Virus record (IMG/VR): IMGVR_UViG_3300028844_006278
DNA length: 64,000 nt
Source of the DNA: a virus
Direction: 5' to 3' (one strand)
Numbering within the stretch: the stretch's first letter is position 1; each line of letters opens with the position of its first letter. Under the pieces are notes generated by a model, which was not told the origin of the DNA, ran no database searches, and saw nothing but the letters and a program-made list of their open reading frames with translations. The position numbers were made by a program, and so were the translations under genes. Positions 27,427 to 37,102 of the stretch are shown piece by piece.

Positions 27427-28226
27427 TAAGACTCTCTCCTAATCATTACTTGTATGCCGCAATCGGTGAAAGGAAGTTCAAACTCTATACCGGGAAAGTA
27501 TACTTCATACGTGATCCCATCACACGTTAATGAGAACTCCTCTGCTGACTTAGGGGGACTGAACACCTGCGCGTCCGTGTCGTACACCAGGATAACGAAC
27601 TCGTGCTCGACATAGACATAGGCGTATGTCCCTCTGTAGCTTCCGAAGGCGCCTTCCATCCGTACACGTTTAGCGGCTGGCGTCTCTTCTTCCTCATTTT
27701 CCTTATCGACACGAAGGGCCGCCTGCACTGCCTCTGCGATCATTAAGGACATGGCTTTGGTCGATAAAGTAGGAGCAGGAGTCTGCGTCGAGTCTGGGGC
27801 CTCTTCCGGGATATCCATATCTTTTGCTGCGTCCATGATATCCCGCAGCTGCTTCTCGACGGCGGATAGTTCCTCTTCGGGATCCGAGGCAGCTAATTCC
27901 TCTAATGTCGTCTCTTGCTCGTCGTCTGTTTCGGATCCTCGAAAGTAGGCTTTGAGTTGGGTGGGCTCGAACTCCTCGGGAGTATCATATAGCTCTCCGT
28001 TCTTATATCGGAACGTCTTACCTATTACTATGGAGCCGAATGGGGATCTCGACTTACGGAGCTCTCCCCTCTTTCCGGTAGTCGGCAGAACCGTTCCCTG
28101 CATAGCGCCCTGCATCGCCCCGAATGTGTATTCGTCCGCCTTGTCGGGATCTGCTAAGGCGATTGCTCTATGCCCTGTGCCGGCTGCCGGCGTTGTCTCT
28201 GATACTTTGATAAAACCTTCACTCAT
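27426..28226 (-). CDS. Hypothetical acidic protein
   Basis: 266 aa, coupled to the portal gene (TAATG). Confidence 0.6.
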   Translation of the reverse strand: MSEGFIKVSETTPAAGTGHRAIALADPDKADEYTFGAMQGAMQGTVLPTTGKRGELRKSRSPFGSIVIGKTFRYKNGELYDTPEEFEPTQLKAYFRGSETDDEQETTLEELAASDPEEELSAVEKQLRDIMDAAKDMDIPEEAPDSTQTPAPTLSTKAMSLMIAEAVQAALRVDKENEEEETPAAKRVRMEGAFGSYRGTYAYVYVEHEFVILVYDTDAQVFSPPKSAEEFSLTCDGITYEVYFPGIEFELPFTDCGIQVMIRRES

Positions 28227-28240
28227 GATGTCGCCTTCTG

Positions 28241-28468
28241 CTATTGCTCCTCTACTTTCCGTATGAATGTCAAGGCTGCTGAGGGGCTCCCTGGATTCAA
28301 CTGCTTCACGATGGCCTGCAGAACAGGCTCTGTGACTCTAGCGGCAGATGCTAATGTACCGCCTTTTTCGAATATGTATTGGTATCGCCCTATTACTAGG
28401 CCGTACCCGCCTCTACTTCTCGGATAAAATAAAGGCTCGCCTGTCCATTCTACTGCTTTGGATTGCAT
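28241..28468 (-). CDS. Small hypothetical protein
   Basis: 75 aa, fits operon packing. Confidence 0.45.
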   Translation of the reverse strand: MQSKAVEWTGEPLFYPRSRGGYGLVIGRYQYIFEKGGTLASAARVTEPVLQAIVKQLNPGSPSAALTFIRKVEEQ

Positions 28469-28513
28469 TTAAGGGTCCTGCGTAAAAGACTATCGGTTAC
28501 TGTTGGTACAAGT

Positions 28514-29584
28514 TTATGGCTGTACTATTACATCCTCTCTAGGCGTTGGGAAGGCCTCCCGCACTAGGGATATTGCTTTCTTTGTGTACTCTACCGCCGT
28601 GTCTATATCTTCTGCGGAAGTATGTCGGCCTACTCTGAACAGTAGGTTACTGTGCCTTGCCGTCTCTTCGAACATGTAGGAGGTAAGCGGCGTACATAGG
28701 TGAGTGTTACGTAGTCCGTCTATAGTGTCGGACACTGATATACCTAGTTTACGTAGGGCCAGCACTAGCGGCCTCGTCCACACTCCTTCGATATGCAGGT
28801 TAACGGTATGCTCTGCCCGCGGAGCCTCTTGGAAGTTCAGGTAGACACCAGGTATCTCCATCATGCGCGATTCCAGTTTTGTCCTCATCTCTCGAACACG
28901 GCCTACATCTTCGTCCTGCATGCCTAGAACTGCCTGTATACCTGCTGAGAGTGTCCCGCACGGCGCGCTATGTAGGTATCCGGGTCTGAGGCCGAATTGC
29001 TGACGTCCCGCTGTCTCATTGCTTCGTATGTTCTCCGGATCCTTACTCCAGATAATCCCTACATGTGGCGCGCCGCAGAAGGATCCGTCGAATAGCACTA
29101 TGTCCGTGTCTGCCGATATATTGGCGAAGTAGGAGGGGTCCATAGCATAGGACATGTCGGCTATTACAACTGTCTCTGGAGATATGCCCTTTATCATAGA
29201 GGACGTTCCCGGGAGGTCTGATACTACCCCGTACTCTTCATTCACTACGGATATGTATGCGTGGGAGAACTTGTCCGGATCCGTTAGGTACGTGTTCCAC
29301 GCCCTGGCGCCGGACTTGCGGATCGGTACTACACTGCATTCCGGAAGGGATGTGACGCTCTCAGGCTCCAAGAAGGATGCTACTACAGAGCAAGCCGGGT
29401 GAACCACCATCCCTATGGATTCGGTGGATCCTGATGTGACAGCTATTACTCCTTCGTCGGAGCCTACAAGTACCCGAGTGCGTTCTAGAATGTCCCGCAT
29501 CGCTATTGTAAGCCTATCGTGCTCTTCCTCGTCAGGGGGAAATATAGACACGCTATCGAAACACGCCATATGTGTAGCCTCCAC
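28514..29584 (-). CDS. Degenerate cysteine desulfurase (IscS/NifS, class V aminotransferase fold) homologue
   Basis: VTSGSTES, VVNEEYGVV, QQFGLRPG, FRVGRHTSAEDID match IscS, but the SGHK and SSGSAC motifs read DGSFCG and SDTIDG. Confidence 0.75.
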   Translation of the reverse strand: MEATHMACFDSVSIFPPDEEEHDRLTIAMRDILERTRVLVGSDEGVIAVTSGSTESIGMVVHPACSVVASFLEPESVTSLPECSVVPIRKSGARAWNTYLTDPDKFSHAYISVVNEEYGVVSDLPGTSSMIKGISPETVVIADMSYAMDPSYFANISADTDIVLFDGSFCGAPHVGIIWSKDPENIRSNETAGRQQFGLRPGYLHSAPCGTLSAGIQAVLGMQDEDVGRVREMRTKLESRMMEIPGVYLNFQEAPRAEHTVNLHIEGVWTRPLVLALRKLGISVSDTIDGLRNTHLCTPLTSYMFEETARHSNLLFRVGRHTSAEDIDTAVEYTKKAISLVREAFPTPREDVIVQP

Positions 29585-29805
29585 GCTAATTCACACCCGT
29601 AGTCTACCCCTTCTGAGCGCTTGCCGCAAGTGGATACAGCCTATAGGGGCTTCAGTCCTGTCCGATATCGCGTATATCTGCGAGTTACGGGCAGCTATGG
29701 GACCTATCTCGCACGTATATGCGAGTTGTCAGGGCGCAGGGAGGAGAGTTGACAGATTCGCTACGCTGGCTCCGTCTGGGCCTCGATATGATCCGATCCG
29801 TGGGA

Positions 29806-30120
29806 TTAGATCTCGATAGAGTGATAAGGGATCTGTCTCTTCTTATCTCCTAAAGACTTCCGACCTTGCTGCCTCCGTAGACTGTCTCGGATCTGATCCG
29901 GTGTACGTTCACTCGTTGCGGCCGTCCCTCGCCGCATGCCTTGTCGGGCATCCTTCTGGCTCTTCTTGCGGCGGGCGATAATTCGTTTGAGCCTCTCTTC
30001 TTCTGGAATGTCGTGCATAGGGAATAGTTTACGGATATCGAAGATCGGATCGCTTGCTACTTTATCTAGAGACGCGGGGTTTTCTGCCGCGTATCCAGCA
30101 ATGAAGGCGTCTGTGTTCAT
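29806..30120 (-). CDS. Small basic protein with leader motif
   Basis: MNTDAFIAGY...DKVAS, then Arg/Lys-rich body. Confidence 0.55.
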   Translation of the reverse strand: MNTDAFIAGYAAENPASLDKVASDPIFDIRKLFPMHDIPEEERLKRIIARRKKSQKDARQGMRRGTAATSERTPDQIRDSLRRQQGRKSLGDKKRQIPYHSIEI

Positions 30121-30143
30121 AAGGGGCTCTCTGTTTATTGGAG

Positions 30144-30160
30144 TTAGAATACGTATGCTA
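30144..30160 (-). promoter_or_regulatory. Repeated motif copy (TAGCATACGTATTCTAA)
   Basis: 17 bp identical to 57964-57980; overlaps the TAG stop of the upstream gene and lies 24 nt before ATG 30120. Confidence 0.55.
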
Positions 30161-30778
30161 TTTGCCGAACAGTCGACGAAGCCATGAGGAGTCTTCCTCT
30201 GATACCTCTTCTGCCGCAGGCACGTTGTCTGGGGTTACGTCAGCCGGGGTCGCTTCTAACGCCTCGTCCTCCGTGGGGACCGTGATCATAGGGGCAGCTG
30301 TTGTTATAGCCCGGCGCAGGTCCAGTATCTCCCGTTCCTTATCATCTAGAGCGATATGTGCCTTACGTAAACTATTTCGTATATATTCGAGCTCGTCGTC
30401 TTGATTCTGTATTTTATCGCGCAGGGCGTCGACCATTTTATCCCGAACAGCTATGTCGGCTCGGGCAGTCTCTAGCGCGCGATCAGTCTCGGCTAATCGT
30501 ATAGTTTGTCCAGAAATATCTGTTTTCCATCTGAGCTCTATATCGTCCCCGGTCTGTATCCACTTCGCATATCCTGCCAATACCGCATCTTCCTTAGAGA
30601 TGGGTGCGAGATCTCTTTCTTGGACCTTCTCTAGGATGTTGTTGCGGCTTAGGGAAGCGGCCGTCATCAGGAGCAGTAGTATCGATACTACGGTAAATCC
30701 GTACGCTTGTATGACCGGCTGGGCTCCGTATTTCGAGCAAGCCTCCTTGTGCTTCGCTACTACCTCGTCTTTACTCAT
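30158..30778 (-). CDS. Membrane-anchored coiled-coil protein
   Basis: TM FTVVSILLLLMTAA, coiled coil, amphipathic tail SWLRRLFGK. Confidence 0.55.
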   Translation of the reverse strand: MSKDEVVAKHKEACSKYGAQPVIQAYGFTVVSILLLLMTAASLSRNNILEKVQERDLAPISKEDAVLAGYAKWIQTGDDIELRWKTDISGQTIRLAETDRALETARADIAVRDKMVDALRDKIQNQDDELEYIRNSLRKAHIALDDKEREILDLRRAITTAAPMITVPTEDEALEATPADVTPDNVPAAEEVSEEDSSWLRRLFGK

Positions 30779-30798
30779 TATGTCCTCCGTGTGGTTCG

Positions 30799-32301
30799 CT
30801 ATGGTACTTCTACTAAGTGGATAGGCATCTTCTCATGCTTGTTCCACTTACCGCGCCAGACTCCGTCTCGATCCTTTATGAGCGAGCAGATGAAGTCGTT
30901 CTTACTGGGCCCTATGAGTAGTGTGGGTTTCCCGTCCACTTCCCGCATCTCCCAGACATTCTCCAAATCTGCCTTGCCTTCTTTGATCTGTCCGTTGTCT
31001 GACAAGGATATGACTCTCTTGTCATGCCCTACACGGATATACACAAAACGCTTACCTGTAACTAAGGATGCATGCTTTGTTCCGGCGGCTACCTGGGCCT
31101 TTACGAATCCGTCTGGAACTAGTTCAATGTCCATGCGCTCGTGATTGTCCCACCTGCCTTTCCACCGGCCGCCAAGAGTCTCTTCATGGAGTACACAAGT
31201 AACAGAGTTGCCAACTATGCAGAGCTCGGGACCTTTATCCCCGTCCTGGACAAACCATCCCTTCTCTAGCTGGGCCGCGCCTTTACCTATGGTGTTGTCT
31301 GGCAGCAGCTCCATCTTCCGCTTATCGTGTCCGATCCTGTGGTAGGTGAAGCGCACGCCTGCGATCCTGCTGGCGGCTTCTTTGCCTTCTTCCGACTCCG
31401 GGGCAGGGTACTCGATCTTGCCGTCCCAGACGTCTTGTAGCTCCTTTAGGAACTCGAGGCACTTGTCCTCCATTAGGAAGCCGTGGATGCGGGGATTCTT
31501 GCCGGTAAGGGACCACTTCTGCATATTGCGATGCTGGAAGATCCGCTTATCGTCGAAATCGTGCTGACACATAGTGGCTCGCAGCGGGTGGATTAATCTC
31601 GAGGGCATTGAGTACCGCGTGCCGCAGATGTGCCACGCCATATGGAACGTGTCCTTGTCTCCATGAATGTGGGTGTAGTAGAAGTCGGAGTGCTCGTTGA
31701 GGTGCATTGTAGTATTGAGCTCCTCCCAACAGCGGCGCTTATCTACTACGATCTGTCCGGACTCGAACTCCGGCTCGTCTCGGTACTCTACGCCGCAGAT
31801 CTCCCATATCTGTCTAGTGCGGGCCAGTCTGCCGTAGTCCGGCCAGAAAATAGCGCCTGTGTCCCTGTATTGCGGAGTGTCTAAAAGAACTTCCGGGTCG
31901 ATAAGGGGTACGTTGTCCGCGTCTAGGAAGATGACCTCTTCGAAGCTAGAGTGTATAATGGCGAACGGGTTGCACTCCCATCCGAACAAGCGGCGCGCCG
32001 GGTACTTTTTACGCACCTTGTACGCATCGATACATGTGACGTCGTATTTGCTGACCATATCGCGCATGCGGTCATCCATCTCACATACTCCGAGATGCCA
32101 GAACTCTATAGGCAGCTTACATCCGTGGTGGCGAAGCATCTTTACTGTCACCCACGCGTTCGTAAAGTAGCGCGGGCCTCCTGCGCAGATAACGATGCCT
32201 CTGCCCTTGAACCGGTCTGCAGGGTATTCTTCTAGATCCGCCCTGGCGGTACGTACCAGCTCTTGGTACTTTGCAATAATAGGGTTGGTAGCGGCCGCCA
32301 T
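30799..32301 (-). CDS. GT71 (Mnn2-like alpha-mannosyltransferase) family glycosyltransferase with two C-terminal repeats
   Basis: RGIVICAGG, FEEVIFLDADN, GAIFWPD, ESGQIVVDK, GDKDTF. Confidence 0.85.
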   Translation of the reverse strand: MAAATNPIIAKYQELVRTARADLEEYPADRFKGRGIVICAGGPRYFTNAWVTVKMLRHHGCKLPIEFWHLGVCEMDDRMRDMVSKYDVTCIDAYKVRKKYPARRLFGWECNPFAIIHSSFEEVIFLDADNVPLIDPEVLLDTPQYRDTGAIFWPDYGRLARTRQIWEICGVEYRDEPEFESGQIVVDKRRCWEELNTTMHLNEHSDFYYTHIHGDKDTFHMAWHICGTRYSMPSRLIHPLRATMCQHDFDDKRIFQHRNMQKWSLTGKNPRIHGFLMEDKCLEFLKELQDVWDGKIEYPAPESEEGKEAASRIAGVRFTYHRIGHDKRKMELLPDNTIGKGAAQLEKGWFVQDGDKGPELCIVGNSVTCVLHEETLGGRWKGRWDNHERMDIELVPDGFVKAQVAAGTKHASLVTGKRFVYIRVGHDKRVISLSDNGQIKEGKADLENVWEMREVDGKPTLLIGPSKNDFICSLIKDRDGVWRGKWNKHEKMPIHLVEVP

Positions 32302-33354
32302 TTATGTCTCCACGCGCTGTAGGGTTATGTCTGATTTCTCGAAATGCTCCCATCGTCCCTGCCAGGTGTCGCCGGCAGCGTCTTGTCGAGCTTTGAATGT
32401 GAGGTACTCCTTCCAACAGGCCGCAGTATGTCCTGTTACCCAGAGTTCTATTCCAGTCTCCTTCTGCACGGGAAACCACCATTGCTCTAGAAGTCCTGAG
32501 TTCTGTATGGTCCCGTCTGGGCGAAGTATAACGTCGGATGTGGTATTGCCTTTATGTTCGAGGTCTCGAAAATACGTATACTCTCCGGATAGCCGGTCGA
32601 ATTCCTCCTCCGCTATTACTTCGTAAGAGTTATTGACCGATCCTCGTATGTAGGATTCGAAGTTGTCCGATATATCCTTAGAGAAGTCCTTCTGTAAGCT
32701 CTTCACGGTAGTCTTCATATCCCGGCCGATCTTATGCGCACCTATTACCGGCATGCCTTTATCCATCCAGTCTCCTGCAGACTGTACCCAGTTGTATCGT
32801 CTATCCAGGTAGCGGATAGGTAGACGCATCATCTGGGCAGCCATGTTTAAGGAGGTCTGGTCTTTGAACTGTACCCAGAACCTAGCTTTAGGGTGCCTGA
32901 GCTTGACTGTCTTAGGGTTCAACTTTGCAATGATCCTGTCGTAGCATCCCTTAGCTGTAGACAGCAGGTACGCACAGGGATCTCTATTCAGCACTAGGAA
33001 CCCTGAGTTAAAATAGCTGTCTAGCTCTAGCTCAAAGCCCTCTGCATCCATGGCGATGTGTCCGGATCGGTTGAGGTCCCTAACTGCTCCTAGGCCTCCC
33101 TGTGTGACGGCTGCCAGCTCTCTAGGATCCCATTCCCGCATCCACCACAGGTCTGAGTCAAAATAGAACACGCATTCTGAATCTACCATATCAAAGATAT
33201 GGTACTTCAAGTGGTGTGGGAACGGCAGGTTGTATTTAGCGAGATGCTCGTCTCCTAATACTACGCACGGGAGGCCGGTAGTTCGTCGGAAACTGTCTGC
33301 AGCTTTATCTGCTAGCTTCCTGAAGCTTCCTGTTCCTATGGTTACGCCTGTCAT
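32302..33354 (-). CDS. GT8-like glycosyltransferase
   Basis: VFYFDSD, YFNSGFLVLN, DQTSLN, LDRRYN. Confidence 0.8.
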   Translation of the reverse strand: MTGVTIGTGSFRKLADKAADSFRRTTGLPCVVLGDEHLAKYNLPFPHHLKYHIFDMVDSECVFYFDSDLWWMREWDPRELAAVTQGGLGAVRDLNRSGHIAMDAEGFELELDSYFNSGFLVLNRDPCAYLLSTAKGCYDRIIAKLNPKTVKLRHPKARFWVQFKDQTSLNMAAQMMRLPIRYLDRRYNWVQSAGDWMDKGMPVIGAHKIGRDMKTTVKSLQKDFSKDISDNFESYIRGSVNNSYEVIAEEEFDRLSGEYTYFRDLEHKGNTTSDVILRPDGTIQNSGLLEQWWFPVQKETGIELWVTGHTAACWKEYLTFKARQDAAGDTWQGRWEHFEKSDITLQRVET

Positions 33355-33363
33355 AGTGTCTCT

Positions 33364-33696
33364 CTATTTTTGGATCTTCATGTATTCGAACCTGTGGTTC
33401 CCGTTAAATCCATCTGGATCGCAGATGCTCCACCCACTCTCATCGACCCATCCGGGATATACACCGCTAGTAGAGCCATAGTCCAACTGGCCGTCGTCCC
33501 ATATAGCTATATGTAGCTGGTCTGGAAAATCTATAGGACGCATAAGTATGGCATCGGATGTTGGGGTGTCTATGGATACCGGAGACCATGTGGTCGTCAG
33601 CAACTCCTCTGCCTTAAGTATGTCGCATCGGTGTATGCTAAATCTAGCGTCGCTCCATGTGTACCCGCAGTCCGGGCACGTGCTGTAGATGCTCAA
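33364..33696 (-). CDS. Hypothetical protein
   Basis: 110 aa, CPDC at N-terminus. Confidence 0.5.
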   Translation of the reverse strand: MSIYSTCPDCGYTWSDARFSIHRCDILKAEELLTTTWSPVSIDTPTSDAILMRPIDFPDQLHIAIWDDGQLDYGSTSGVYPGWVDESGWSICDPDGFNGNHRFEYMKIQK

Positions 33697-34244
33697 GGTT
33701 CTGTGCTCCGTAGCGCGTGCTGCAGCATCGCTGCTGTTCGGCTATTGATTGTTGCGACCGCGAATCCCTTATGAGGAAAGATCACATGCTCAAACTTCCC
33801 GAGAGCTTCGTGGTATCGTGACCGTTGCGCGTCGTGCACGCATAGAACGACCTCGTCATTATGTGTAGAGGCGTACTTGTATACATTCTCTATACACTCT
33901 GCCCGTCGTCGGGAGTCTACGAAGAACAGATCGAATAGGCCGGACTCGAACATGCCTGGATAGCCTGAGGCGTAGTACTCCGACGCCACCTTCATGTGCA
34001 GGACTGTCTGTCTCTGGAATTGTACGTCGGGAATCCACCGTTTCTCCTGCTCTACGGACACCACGTTCGCGACTCCTTGTCTAAGTGCCATGTCTGTGTT
34101 CTTGCCCGGGCCCCATTCATACACACCTATAGGCTGCATAGCATCCAGCACCTCCTGATAGTATGGGACATAGCTCTGCACGCCCTGGGAGCAGGGGCAG
34201 TTGTGCCTGTGTCCGCAGTAGGGAAACTTTGTAATGTCTGCCAT
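33693..34244 (-). CDS. Class I SAM-dependent methyltransferase
   Basis: VYEWGPG, VVSVEQ, FDLFFVD, VHDAQR. Confidence 0.7.
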   Translation of the reverse strand: MADITKFPYCGHRHNCPCSQGVQSYVPYYQEVLDAMQPIGVYEWGPGKNTDMALRQGVANVVSVEQEKRWIPDVQFQRQTVLHMKVASEYYASGYPGMFESGLFDLFFVDSRRRAECIENVYKYASTHNDEVVLCVHDAQRSRYHEALGKFEHVIFPHKGFAVATINSRTAAMLQHALRSTEP

Positions 34245-34245
34245 G

Positions 34246-35124
34246 CTATTCGGTCTCCGGTAGCTCGAAAGGTTTGTACGGTTGTTTCTTCCATCCCTGC
34301 AGGTAGCAGTGCATCTCTCTGCCGAATCTGCCGTCAGTCCAGTATTGCCCTGAGGATGTTCCTGCTGATACTCCTCCCACGTGCTGGATAAGTCCGATAG
34401 GTGTGGCGTATCTGGTCCACTCCTTATCGCTCCACGCTCCGTATAGTAAATCGGCCGGGTCGTCTGTCTCGTGCTTCTTCAGATAGGACAAGAGGCTGGA
34501 GAGGCACTCTCTGTCGTAGTAGATTCCGCATAGGCCTGCGAAGGGTCCTCCGCCGGAGCAGTAGTACTGTCCGCGGTAGAACGGGTTCTTACCTATATAG
34601 TTTCCTGTGCTGTAGAAGGTAAGCGTATTGCCGTCCTGCCGTAGCTGGTGCGATCGCATCTCGTTTATGGCATCCATGGCGTATCCCCAGAATCCGTCCG
34701 CAAAGACTACGTCGTCCTCGCATATAAGGAATCCTTTCTCCTGTGTGGATAGGGCGAACTCCAGTGCCCGGATGTAGTTGCGGGTGAGCCTCCTGTGCGG
34801 AGTGCTTGCTCCTTTATTCAGGTCTCTTGGAGGAGGGTGTATCTTCACTCGGTCCGTATGCTTATAGAACCAGTCCAGGTAGTTGGTAGGTCCGTCCCCT
34901 ACCAGAAGGTCGACTCCGGCTACCGAGTGGCTGAGGGGGTCGCACATCCACAGACTAGATAAAGTCTGGTAGATGTAGTGCTCTCCTTTCTCTGTCTTTC
35001 TTCCGCCCTGGACTCCAGAGCGCTCCCTGCGGTTGCATGTAAAGAATAGTACCCGGATATCGGAAACACTCAGCATCCGGGAAGAGGCGTCTGGCCTCAG
35101 TTTCTCTTTCAGAGGGTAGGTCAT
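34246..35124 (-). CDS. GT-A fold glycosyltransferase
   Basis: FLICEDDVVF, DPADL, LIQHVGGVS. Confidence 0.7.
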   Translation of the reverse strand: MTYPLKEKLRPDASSRMLSVSDIRVLFFTCNRRERSGVQGGRKTEKGEHYIYQTLSSLWMCDPLSHSVAGVDLLVGDGPTNYLDWFYKHTDRVKIHPPPRDLNKGASTPHRRLTRNYIRALEFALSTQEKGFLICEDDVVFADGFWGYAMDAINEMRSHQLRQDGNTLTFYSTGNYIGKNPFYRGQYYCSGGGPFAGLCGIYYDRECLSSLLSYLKKHETDDPADLLYGAWSDKEWTRYATPIGLIQHVGGVSAGTSSGQYWTDGRFGREMHCYLQGWKKQPYKPFELPETE

Positions 35125-35160
35125 ATATCTCGTATCTCTATGATCTCTGTGCGCACGAGG

Positions 35161-36492
35161 CTACACGTTAGTGTAGTCCTCTAGTCGACGCAAGCGGCCT
35201 TGCTCGATATAATCCGCCACGAGCCGCTTCTCTGCTTCGAAGGGATGTCCACCCCAGCCGCCGTGCGTAAAGCCAACCAGATAGATCTCGTGATCCTCCC
35301 ATCCCGGTTGATTGAGTGCCATGTATATGGACACCATGCCTGTACTAGGTGTATCGAATTTGCGTTGGTATGTTCTGAGCTCCTTATCCAGCTCAGCCCA
35401 TAACTCCTTCGAGGGGTACTGTATCTGCACCTCCTCTCGAAACCTCTGTGCTTTTACGATGTGACCGGACCGGTCCTTACCTGCGTAGTTAGACCATAGG
35501 TGAGGTCTAGAGAACCACGCCCGTTCTATCTCGTCTCCTACCCGACCTCCGGGGATCAAGTACTTCTTCGGACTGCAGAACTTGGGCGCTGCGCCCTCTC
35601 CCGCATTGATGCAGGCCCATACTGTGGTCTTCTGTCCCATGCGCCTCTGCTCGTCTCCGTACCCTATGCAGAGGTTCATGCGGATGACCTCGTCCATGCT
35701 ATTGATGACGCGGCAGTAGTTATCCAACTTGTTGTGGTTGTTAGCGACTATTACTACCTTCTTCTTATCGGATGGTGGGTCTATCCATTTGCGAGCCTTC
35801 TTCAGCATATTGCCGTTTCCTCCGCCTGCCCACATATGGTAGGCGAAGGGCACTCTATGTGCGCCGCCGAACTTATCCTCGATGCGCGCCTTATCCCAGC
35901 CCTCATCTACCAGGTCTCGGAAGAAGTCCAGGCCGCCTCGGTGCGATCCCAGGGACCATATGTAGAAATCCCGCTTAGTTGCCACGGTTGTGATCTCCTT
36001 GTGATGCCGGGCCATCTTCGTCATCAGGCGTGGGCCAAACATCGTGCGGTCCACTTTACCACTAGCGGCCACCTCGAGGTACTTGTCTATATGCACCCAT
36101 GCCGGGGAGAACTTGGATATACCTATTATGCCGTTAGCGATGACCTTGTTCTTGTCCCACCGCCGGTCGTCGGTCTGCCGGGTCAGGAAGAAGTCCGCCT
36201 CTATCTCATATTTGTCGAAGATGTCGGACATCGGACGTAGAGGGACAAAGTCGCAGTCAAAGTACCACCCTCCGTATCGCTTTAGAGCCGATAGTCTGAG
36301 GATGTCTGACTTGGAGCAGAACTGAGGAGCTATGTCGTAATATTTTTTATACTCCGGTAAGAGAACTTCCTCTCCGTGCATGGTGATCTCGTAGTCCGGG
36401 TTAAGGTCTCGGAACCATTGGATGCACTGCTGCCCGAAATCTGGGAGAGGCTTATCGCCTACCCATATGAAATGTAGCTTCTTAGGGATCAT
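35161..36492 (-). CDS. GT32 (DxD) glycosyltransferase fused to a GT29/sialyltransferase-like domain
   Basis: MIPKKLHFIWVG, SDILRL..L..YGGWYFDCD; then VVIVAN..DEVIRMN..GQKTT, PSTGMVSI, IYLVGF, H.FEAE. Confidence 0.8.
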   Translation of the reverse strand: MIPKKLHFIWVGDKPLPDFGQQCIQWFRDLNPDYEITMHGEEVLLPEYKKYYDIAPQFCSKSDILRLSALKRYGGWYFDCDFVPLRPMSDIFDKYEIEADFFLTRQTDDRRWDKNKVIANGIIGISKFSPAWVHIDKYLEVAASGKVDRTMFGPRLMTKMARHHKEITTVATKRDFYIWSLGSHRGGLDFFRDLVDEGWDKARIEDKFGGAHRVPFAYHMWAGGGNGNMLKKARKWIDPPSDKKKVVIVANNHNKLDNYCRVINSMDEVIRMNLCIGYGDEQRRMGQKTTVWACINAGEGAAPKFCSPKKYLIPGGRVGDEIERAWFSRPHLWSNYAGKDRSGHIVKAQRFREEVQIQYPSKELWAELDKELRTYQRKFDTPSTGMVSIYMALNQPGWEDHEIYLVGFTHGGWGGHPFEAEKRLVADYIEQGRLRRLEDYTNV

Positions 36493-37094
36493 GCGCTGTC
36501 CTCGAGTGCTCTGAATAGGAGGCCGAACAATCTCACGTTCTTGCCGGGCGCGTGACTCTTGTAGTGCTGGTATACCTTAGACGACGCCGCGTAGAGATAG
36601 TATCCGTGGCTGCGCATGATCGCCACATAGTCGTTGAGGTCCCTGTTGAAGACAGGAGGATTGCCGCGGCGCCTCCATTCCCTGCCTAGTATCTCGGCTA
36701 CACATATGTATGGGTGATCTGCCTTCCGTATGTTGCCAATGACTCCGTCCAGTGTCTGGTCATCCATGTGTAGGAAAACTGTGTATGCCAAGGTAGCGTC
36801 TGCTTCGGGGTACTCGCTATCTACGGATACCTCGTTGAACGTGTATCCTGGATTAGCCTTCTTCGCGGCGGCTATAGATCCAGGACTAAGGTCAGACCCT
36901 ACATATTCCTCTGGGGAGCGTACTGAGCATAGTCGACCTCTCCCGCAGCCTAGGTCGTGCACTGTCTGTATGTCTGGGGCTAGGGCTAGTAGTTCCCGAA
37001 GGAACTGCACTACGTCGAACCCCTCCGGACTGCTCGTAGCGCCCGCTGTTATGTTCTCACCGCTATCTGCGGTCCAGTATTCCTTAAAGTCCAT
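36489..37094 (-). CDS. Class I SAM-dependent methyltransferase
   Basis: VHDLGCGRG, YVGSDLS, YTVFLHM. Confidence 0.85.
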   Translation of the reverse strand: MDFKEYWTADSGENITAGATSSPEGFDVVQFLRELLALAPDIQTVHDLGCGRGRLCSVRSPEEYVGSDLSPGSIAAAKKANPGYTFNEVSVDSEYPEADATLAYTVFLHMDDQTLDGVIGNIRKADHPYICVAEILGREWRRRGNPPVFNRDLNDYVAIMRSHGYYLYAASSKVYQHYKSHAPGKNVRLFGLLFRALEDSA

Positions 37095-37102
37095 GCTGCT
37101 AC

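Noticed and set aside
28514-29584. Functional iscS/dndA
   Set aside because: PLP Lys and catalytic Cys motifs are absent.
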